Origin: a virus
Lineage: Duplodnaviria; Caudoviricetes
DNA: 41,192 nt
IMG/VR virus record: IMGVR_UViG_3300011116_000486
Coordinates: 1-41,192 of that record
Strand: one strand, 5' to 3'
The position numbers and the translations under genes are program-made. Below, piece by piece: positions 34,831 to 41,192 of the stretch. The notes below the pieces were generated by a model. It had not been told where the DNA came from. It was given only the letters and a program-made list of their open reading frames with translations, and ran no database searches. The stretch's first letter is position 1, and the number at the start of each line of letters is the position of its first letter.

Positions 34831-35393
34831 CCAGCCTCATTGGCTACGGCGGTCATGGCAAGGACATTGCTGCCATCCATCAGCGTCACGGTGGCTTCGG
34901 CGCACCACTGTTCGTCTATGACGAGAATCCGAAGATTGGCACGTCACCTGACGGCATCACCGACACCGTGATCTTTGGCAGCAACTACCCGAACACTCGC
35001 AAGGAGATGGCGCAAAGGTTCGCTCACTTGTGCGGTGCACGAGCACTGGTTGACCCATCTGCCGTAATTGGCAGCGATGTGATGCTAGGTGAAGGTGTTG
35101 TAGTGGCACCTAAGGCCGTTATTTTGACTTCTACGGCACTCGGCAATCACGTTCACATAAACTACGGTGCCATGATGACACGGTGCACTGTAGGCGACTA
35201 CAGCACGATTGCTCCCGGCGCAACAATTTGTGGTGATGTGCAAATTGGCGAGGCTTGCTACATCGGTGCCAACGCAACGGTGTGTGACCGAGTGACCATT
35301 GGCAACAACGTGACCATTGCTGCAGGCGCCATCGTTCCGCCACTGTCCGTGGTGCCACATGGCACGAAGGTGATTGGTGTGTGGAAGCCGTGA
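34827..35393 (+). CDS. NeuD/PglD-like hexapeptide sugar acetyltransferase
   Basis: IG.GGHG N-terminus; left-handed beta-helix hexapeptide repeats. Confidence 0.85.
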   Translation: MTSLIGYGGHGKDIAAIHQRHGGFGAPLFVYDENPKIGTSPDGITDTVIFGSNYPNTRKEMAQRFAHLCGARALVDPSAVIGSDVMLGEGVVVAPKAVILTSTALGNHVHINYGAMMTRCTVGDYSTIAPGATICGDVQIGEACYIGANATVCDRVTIGNNVTIAAGAIVPPLSVVPHGTKVIGVWKP

Positions 35394-36139
35394 GCGTTGC
35401 TGCGTGCTACACGGTCAAGAACGAAGCCGACATTATTGAAGCATCGTTTCGTCACATGCTGGCCGAAGGCATTGACCACATCTACACGACCGACAACATG
35501 AGCACTGACGGCACACGTGAAATCATGGAGTGCATCGCATCCGAGACTGGCCGCATCACCATCATTGAAGATCGTGAGCCGTTCTACCGGCAGGTCTACT
35601 GGATGACGCTACTGACCGACATGGCACGTAACGCCGGGCACGAATGGGTCGTGGCAAGTGACGCAGACGAATGGTGGTACGCCACGAGCGGCCAGACGAT
35701 TGCCGACGTGCTCGCCAACTACCAAGGTCACAAGTTGTACGCACGGTCATACCAGCACCATGACTGGAACATGCGACAGATCGAACCGAAGCGTCTGCCG
35801 AAGGTGGCGTACCGCTTGGTGCCGGATGCGCAGTTGCACATTGGCAACCATGACGTGTCTATTGTCGGCGGCGAATACGAAGTGCTTGACTTGCGTGAGA
35901 TTCAGTACCGTTCGCTTGCGCACTTCATTGCCAAGACACGCAACTCGGCCGCTACTCTCGCACCCGAACAGCGTGCCATTGGTGCAGGCTCGCACCACAC
36001 TGACCGAGAAGCAATGAGCGATGAGGAACTAGCAGAGCAATGGCAAGCGATGATGGCAATACCAACAGTGTGCGACCCAATACCGAGCCACCTACCGTCA
36101 GCATCGTTGTACCTGTCTATGGGGACAAGCACTACCTAG
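35390..36139 (+). CDS. glycosyltransferase family 2-like
   Basis: VKNEADII....H....G.D, DN.STDGT, DADE. Confidence 0.85.
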   Translation: MSVAACYTVKNEADIIEASFRHMLAEGIDHIYTTDNMSTDGTREIMECIASETGRITIIEDREPFYRQVYWMTLLTDMARNAGHEWVVASDADEWWYATSGQTIADVLANYQGHKLYARSYQHHDWNMRQIEPKRLPKVAYRLVPDAQLHIGNHDVSIVGGEYEVLDLREIQYRSLAHFIAKTRNSAATLAPEQRAIGAGSHHTDREAMSDEELAEQWQAMMAIPTVCDPIPSHLPSASLYLSMGTSTT

Positions 36140-36777
36140 ACGCAATGCTTGAAGCGGTTGCAGCGCATACGCCGTTGACTCACGAACTCATACTCATAGA
36201 CAATGGCACTGGTCATTACATTGAGCCAGCATCGAATCGCACGGTCATTCGCAATGCCGTGAACGAAGGCTACGCCAAGGCAAGCAATGCTGGCGCAGAT
36301 GCGGCAACGGCCGACGTGCTCGTGATGCTCAACGTGGACACCATGCCGCAACACGGTTGGCTTGAAGCCATGCTCGCTGCACTCGCAGATGAACAGGTTG
36401 CGATGGTCGGCGCCAAGTTGGTCTATCCCGATGGCCGCATCCAATGTGCAGGCATACGCACGTGGCATGGCAACGGCAGCGCAGGTGGAGAGAACCGGCA
36501 TGACGAACATGCGACGAACTCTGACGAGGACGGCGTGACCGGTGCCTGCATGATGATTCGACGCAACGTGTTCAATGCAGTTGGTCAGTTCGATGCGCAG
36601 TTCTGGAACGGCTACGAAGATGTGGACTTGTGCCTAGCGGTCAAGGCGGCCGGACACAAGATCGCATACGTTGCCGAAGCAGTAGTTGTGCATCACGAAA
36701 GTGTGAGCGGCCAAGAACGATGGGTCAAGGCCGTAGCCAATACGCAGTACATGGCATCGAAGTGGGGAAGCCGCTAA
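36040..36777 (+). CDS. glycosyltransferase family 2
   Basis: VSIVVPVY, IDN, N.GYA.ASN.G, LN.D, VTGAC, EDVDLC, HHES; start uncertain. Confidence 0.85.
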   Translation: MASDDGNTNSVRPNTEPPTVSIVVPVYGDKHYLDAMLEAVAAHTPLTHELILIDNGTGHYIEPASNRTVIRNAVNEGYAKASNAGADAATADVLVMLNVDTMPQHGWLEAMLAALADEQVAMVGAKLVYPDGRIQCAGIRTWHGNGSAGGENRHDEHATNSDEDGVTGACMMIRRNVFNAVGQFDAQFWNGYEDVDLCLAVKAAGHKIAYVAEAVVVHHESVSGQERWVKAVANTQYMASKWGSR

Positions 36778-36779
36778 GG

Positions 36780-37304
36780 CTATCCTGCGTTGACCATTGC
36801 CTTGCGGTGTTCGTACCATTCATCGAAGGCAACCGATGCTTCGGCTGTGACGTCTCGTCCAGTCCACTTGATGCCGCAACCGCAGGTGTAGGTGAATCGG
36901 CCAAGGTCAATGTCTTGGCTCAACTCATGTTGTGATCGAATGACCTTGCGACGAGCGATTCGATCTTGCGCAGCCGGGTCAACAATTCGTTCTTCGACTT
37001 CGATGTGTGGCGCATTGTCAGGGCCATCAGGCAACTCTGACTTCGACAATTTCGCAGCAACCGATTTAGCCGAACGAATCAAGCCGTTCAGTTCACTCAT
37101 CATTTGCTCGTCTTTAGTTTCGGCATAGTAGAGCGCATCGCTCAACATGCCCAAGGCTTCCCAACGAGTAAGGTCAATTTCGACAAGCCGTTCCATAGTG
37201 CGAATAAGAGTGCCACCTGCGAGGCAACGACTGTAGGTGTAATCTTCCCAATACTTGCGACTGAGAACGATTCTCATTTTCGGGTAGTTGGCTGTTTGCG
37301 TCAT
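36780..37304 (-). CDS. hypothetical protein with C-terminal H..CxC..H motif (cassette 4, leaderless)
   Basis: ORF 174 aa; ATG 6 nt after -10. Confidence 0.75.
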   Translation of the reverse strand: MTQTANYPKMRIVLSRKYWEDYTYSRCLAGGTLIRTMERLVEIDLTRWEALGMLSDALYYAETKDEQMMSELNGLIRSAKSVAAKLSKSELPDGPDNAPHIEVEERIVDPAAQDRIARRKVIRSQHELSQDIDLGRFTYTCGCGIKWTGRDVTAEASVAFDEWYEHRKAMVNAG

Positions 37305-37310
37305 GTCTTT

Positions 37311-37339
37311 ATTGTATCACAAGACAACTGAGTTGTCTA
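37311..37339 (-). promoter_or_regulatory. leaderless promoter with perfectly palindromic operator-like element (cassette 4)
   Basis: TAGACA-N17-TACAAT-N6-ATG; AGACAACT-G-AGTTGTCT at 37322-37338. Confidence 0.8.
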
Positions 37340-37359
37340 ATCGCATCTAGGAGAATCCA

Positions 37360-38055
37360 ATGACCAAGCGTGACCAAATTGTTGCACTGGCTAATTCGAC
37401 AGTGCCACAGCACATGCACTTCACGTACTTGCAAATCAGGCCAATGCACCTGACCAAGACGTATCCATGGAGAGGCGACTGTTCAACCTACGTCACGTGG
37501 CTCTACTGGATGTGCGGCTTGCCAGACCCGAACGACAACAACTACAACGGCGTTGGCAACACGCAAACTCTCTACGCCAAGGGCACCAAGATCACGGCCG
37601 ATCAAGTGCAGCCCGGCGACGTTGTTGTGTATGCAGCCGACCAACCACTGCAGTACCAACACACGGCCATCATCACGAAGGCAGGCGTTGACCCGATGAC
37701 GGTGAGCATGGGACAGCAAGGCGACCCATCATTCGTCAAGGTGAGCCAAGACGGTCGCAAGCCGTTCTACGTGCGCTTCCTGCCAGCCGACCCTGTGCCG
37801 ACTCCACCGCCACCACCTGCGCCAACGACTGTCGTGTTGCCAAGCGTCGGCATTGGCAGCAAGGACACGGCGCTAGTCAAGAGCGTGCAGGCGCTTCTAC
37901 TCTCCAAGTTCGCAATCTCAATCGGTGCCGATGGCGTAGACGGTCAGTACGGTGCCAACACTGCAGCGGCCGTGAGTAAGTTTCAGACGTCGCACAATCT
38001 ACCTGTCACTGGTGTCGTGAACGGCGCCACGTGGAACAGTCTGTTGAAGGGTTAG
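37360..38055 (+). CDS. endolysin: NlpC/P60-like peptidase + Pro linker + peptidoglycan-binding domain
   Basis: DCS, PGD.V.Y, HTAI; PTPPPPP; DG.YG..T..AV..FQ....L..TG.V...TW. Confidence 0.85.
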   Translation: MTKRDQIVALANSTVPQHMHFTYLQIRPMHLTKTYPWRGDCSTYVTWLYWMCGLPDPNDNNYNGVGNTQTLYAKGTKITADQVQPGDVVVYAADQPLQYQHTAIITKAGVDPMTVSMGQQGDPSFVKVSQDGRKPFYVRFLPADPVPTPPPPPAPTTVVLPSVGIGSKDTALVKSVQALLLSKFAISIGADGVDGQYGANTAAAVSKFQTSHNLPVTGVVNGATWNSLLKG

Positions 38056-38059
38056 TGTC

Positions 38060-38425
38060 ATGCCGGAAGAATCACCAGCCACTCTGAGAGACGTCTATGA
38101 CTTGGTTGATCGCACCAGACAAGAAACCACGAGTCACATCACGACCTTGGCGGATAAGTTTGATGCGTTTGCGCAAAGCAATGAACACCGGCTCACGGTG
38201 GTTGAGACACATCAAGCATCACAGTCGAAGCAACTGACCGAAATCATCACACGCATTGACCGGCACGGTGAGCGCATCGGCAGTATTGAAGGTGCGCAGC
38301 GTACGTTGCAGCGCACCAAACGTGACAAGTCGAACATGTGGACTCGTCGCAACATGTGGATTGTTACGGTGACTTCGATTATCATGGCCGCGGGGACGAT
38401 CATCACTTTCATCATTATGCCGTAA
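38060..38425 (+). CDS. holin-like membrane protein
   Basis: coiled coil plus one C-terminal TM; follows endolysin. Confidence 0.55.
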   Translation: MPEESPATLRDVYDLVDRTRQETTSHITTLADKFDAFAQSNEHRLTVVETHQASQSKQLTEIITRIDRHGERIGSIEGAQRTLQRTKRDKSNMWTRRNMWIVTVTSIIMAAGTIITFIIMP

Positions 38426-38433
38426 GGAGTGAC

Positions 38434-39081
38434 GTGTCTGAGGTTGCGATTCTTGTACCAACACTGGAACGGCCTCACCGCATGGCACCGCTTTTGCAGA
38501 GCATTGCGGAAGCCACCGAAGTCCCTCATCGTGTCCTATTCGCCACGAGCGATCAAGCAACGGTGGATGAGTTAGACCGGCTTGGTGCGTCGTATCTGCG
38601 TGATGAAGGTGGTGACGAAGGTTCGTACCCGAAGCGCATCAACCGGATGTTCGCAGCGACAACCGAACCGTATGTCTTACTCGCAGCCGATGACCTTGCA
38701 TTTCGACCCGGTTGGTTTCAGTCTGCAATGGCTGTCATGCGAGAAGTTGACGGTGTAGTTGGCATCAACGATCTTCACAATCCGGCAGGCGTTCACTTCC
38801 TCGTCTCTCGCAAATACATTGACACGCTCGGCGGTTGTGTTGGAGAATCCGGTGTGGTGCTTCACGAAGGCTATCGCCACACCTACTGTGACGACGAGAT
38901 GCGAGCCACGGCAATCGCTCATGGGCGATGGGGCTTCGCACGTGACGCAGTAGTTGAGCACTTACATCCCGGCGCAGGCAAGGCTCACCACGACAACATC
39001 TACGCCATCGGTGCCGCTTCGATGAGTCAAGGCGCCGAAGTGTTCCGTTCTCGTTCGCATCTCTGGCAACAAGGAGTTTGA
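38434..39081 (+). CDS. glycosyltransferase family 2
   Basis: AILVPT..RP, IN......T...Y..LAADD, H.Y.D.E, VEHLHP; AAGGAG SD before GTG. Confidence 0.8.
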   Translation: MSEVAILVPTLERPHRMAPLLQSIAEATEVPHRVLFATSDQATVDELDRLGASYLRDEGGDEGSYPKRINRMFAATTEPYVLLAADDLAFRPGWFQSAMAVMREVDGVVGINDLHNPAGVHFLVSRKYIDTLGGCVGESGVVLHEGYRHTYCDDEMRATAIAHGRWGFARDAVVEHLHPGAGKAHHDNIYAIGAASMSQGAEVFRSRSHLWQQGV

Positions 39082-39082
39082 C

Positions 39083-39445
39083 ATGGCCACAATTTCACAA
39101 CTGCCAGCACCACTGACGCTCAACGCCGTGGCTGGTAATCCTGCCACGTTGCAGTTCACGGTCAACGTCACTGGCGAGAACGGCGACCCTGTGCCGTGGT
39201 CAGACATTAGCAACTACGCCATGACCGTCACTGATCAGTACGGTCAACTTGTGACCAACGGACAGCCAACAGTTTCAAGCAACGAACCTAACCACGTTCG
39301 TGTTGAGTGGACTGCAGCACAGACGGCCAGCATTGGCCAAGACCTGCAGTGCCGTATGTCCTTCTCCATCTACGTCTCTGGCATCGGTCCATATTCACTT
39401 GCCTCTGGACAGATTGTTATGTCACCACCTTCGTACCCGGCATGA
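39083..39445 (+). CDS. probable virion/fibre-associated beta-sandwich protein
   Basis: AAGGAG SD; beta-rich; coupled to fibre gene. Confidence 0.65.
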   Translation: MATISQLPAPLTLNAVAGNPATLQFTVNVTGENGDPVPWSDISNYAMTVTDQYGQLVTNGQPTVSSNEPNHVRVEWTAAQTASIGQDLQCRMSFSIYVSGIGPYSLASGQIVMSPPSYPA

Positions 39446-41192
39446 GCACCAACATTGACGTAAGCATCGGCACGGCAAGCGTTGACTTGTCCGTGAACCT
39501 ACCGGACAAGACGGTGACGCTTGACGCCACCATGGGTGATATCAACGTTGCACTTGATGTTGCGCTCGCTGGCGCCACCGGCCCGCAAGGTGCACAAGGC
39601 AACGATGGTGCTCAAGGTCCACAAGGTGAGATGGGATACCAAGGTGTCCAAGGTGCGCAGGGTTATCAAGGCGACCAAGGCTTTCAGGGCTTTCAAGGAT
39701 TTCAGGGCAATCAGGGTTTTCAAGGATTTCAAGGCGAGCAAGGTTTTCAGGGCACGCAAGGCAATCAAGGTTGGCAAGGTTTCCAAGGCGATACCGGCGC
39801 TCAAGGTTCGCAAGGCGTACAAGGCACGCAAGGCGTTCAAGGCAGTCAAGGATTTCAGGGCAATCAAGGCAACCAAGGCACACAAGGTTCAACTGGCAGC
39901 CAAGGCGCAACTGGTTCGCAAGGCGCAACCGGTGCTCAAGGCACACAGGGCACACAAGGCACGACCGGCAGTCAAGGCGCTACCGGAGCACAAGGTGCAA
40001 CCGGTGCACAAGGTTCACAAGGCAATCAAGGTACGCAGGGCACTCAAGGCAATCAGGGTTTCCAAGGCTTTCAAGGTTTTCAGGGCTTCCAAGGTTCAAC
40101 AGGTGCACAAGGTACGCAAGGCAACATTGGTGCCGGTGCGAGCGTGTCGGTTGGCACGACGTCAACAGGTACACCGGGCACATCTGCAAGCGTCACGAAC
40201 TCTGGTAGCACAAGCAGCGCCATTCTCAACTTCGTCATACCAGCAGGTGTGCAGGGTTCACAAGGTAGCCAAGGTCCACAGGGAGTAGGCGGAGCGACCG
40301 GCTACTACGGTTCGTTCTACAGCGCCAGCACACAGACCGTCGCCAGCACGGCGAGTGCATACCCGATGACGCTTGAAGGGCTTGACTCCGCAAGCGGCGT
40401 CAGCATCGTGTCGGGCAGCCGCATCACGTTCGCCTACGCCGGCCAGAGTACAACATCCAATGGTCGGGTCAGTTCAAGAACAGCGAGACGTCCGACCATG
40501 ATGCAAATGTTTGGATGCGCAAGAACGGCGTGGACATCGTTGGCTCTAATGGAGTCGTAAGTGTTCCGGCATCGCACGGCGGCACACCCGGCCACACGGT
40601 GGCAGGCTGGAACTTCTTCTTCACCGTGACCGCTGGCGACTACTACGAGTTCGTGTGGAGCAGCGACAGCACGCAAGTGACGTTGCAGGCATATCCGATC
40701 ACCGGCAGTCCGACGAAGCCAAGCACCGCATCGCTCATTGTCACGGCGCAGCAAGTCATGTACACGCAACTCGGCCCGCAGGGTTCACAGGGCACAAGCG
40801 GTACGAGTGGCTCAGTCGGTGCGCAGGGGCCACAAGGAGCACAAGGCACGCAGGGAGTTATCACTGCATCAGTCGCACCGGCAGATACGTCGGTCATGTG
40901 GCTTGACACGTCGGCTACTGGCAACGGTACGCAGGGGCCACAGGGAGCGGCCGCAAGCATCACAGTCGGCACTACGGCGTCAGTCGCTTCAACATCGGCG
41001 GCTTCGGTAACGAACACCGGAACGTCAAGCAACGCTGTACTCAACTTCTACATTCCAGTGGGTTCGCAGGGAGCGACAGGCGCACAGGGTTCGCAGGGAG
41101 CACAAGGCACGAGTCAGATCGCTGGCTCAGTCACAACGTCGGCATCAACGACGTGGACAGCATCATCAGCCGACAACGGCAAGATGATTGTA
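39442..41192 (+). CDS. collagen-like fibre protein with C1q/BclA-like domain; frameshift near 40446; partial at 3' end
   Basis: long G-X-Q repeats; YYGSFY...RITFAYAG continues as YNIQWSGQF...VWMRKNG in the -1 frame, which is open to the window end. Confidence 0.8.

Noticed and set aside
39442-41192. Diversity-generating retroelement target
   Set aside because: No reverse transcriptase or TR/VR repeat pair in the window

Overview
The window is a 41 kb segment of a tailed dsDNA phage genome (roughly 60% GC by eye). The host is most likely an actinobacterium, based on WhiB, an Lsr2-like domain and an actinobacterial-type SSB. Layout: (i) a leftward block of small early genes (1-2570); (ii) a divergent promoter region, then a rightward recombination/replication module (Lsr2-like protein, PD-(D/E)XK exonuclease, Gp3/RDF-like protein, SSB, endonuclease, WhiB, replication initiator with internal iterons, DnaB-N/RecA-fold helicase, N4/N6 DNA methyltransferase, AP2 protein); (iii) ClpP, ParB-like protein, small terminase and a large terminase split into two genes; (iv) an expanded head module (portal with Nudix and other appended domains, an ART+GNAT+zincin polyprotein, MuF+zincin, two paralogous His/Ala-rich proteins, XkdF-type protease, Zn-finger scaffold, major capsid); (v) six glycosyltransferases plus a methyltransferase and an acetyltransferase, endolysin/holin, and a frameshifted collagen-like fibre gene running off the end. 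Three signals stand out. (1) A putative tagged, protease-released virion effector payload: six copies of a K|x(1-2)W.E..HPR...G.F / K|EQERDE.GRF tag each start a cargo module, and Lys-ending junctions recur throughout the head proteins. (2) Four antisense gene cassettes are dispersed through the rightward operons, each driven by a near-consensus leaderless promoter carrying the same pseudo-palindrome (AACT-N-AGTT) that also occurs at the early promoters. (3) An anticodon-less tRNA-mimic structure lies directly after the capsid gene. All family assignments come from motif recognition by eye; no database searches were run.
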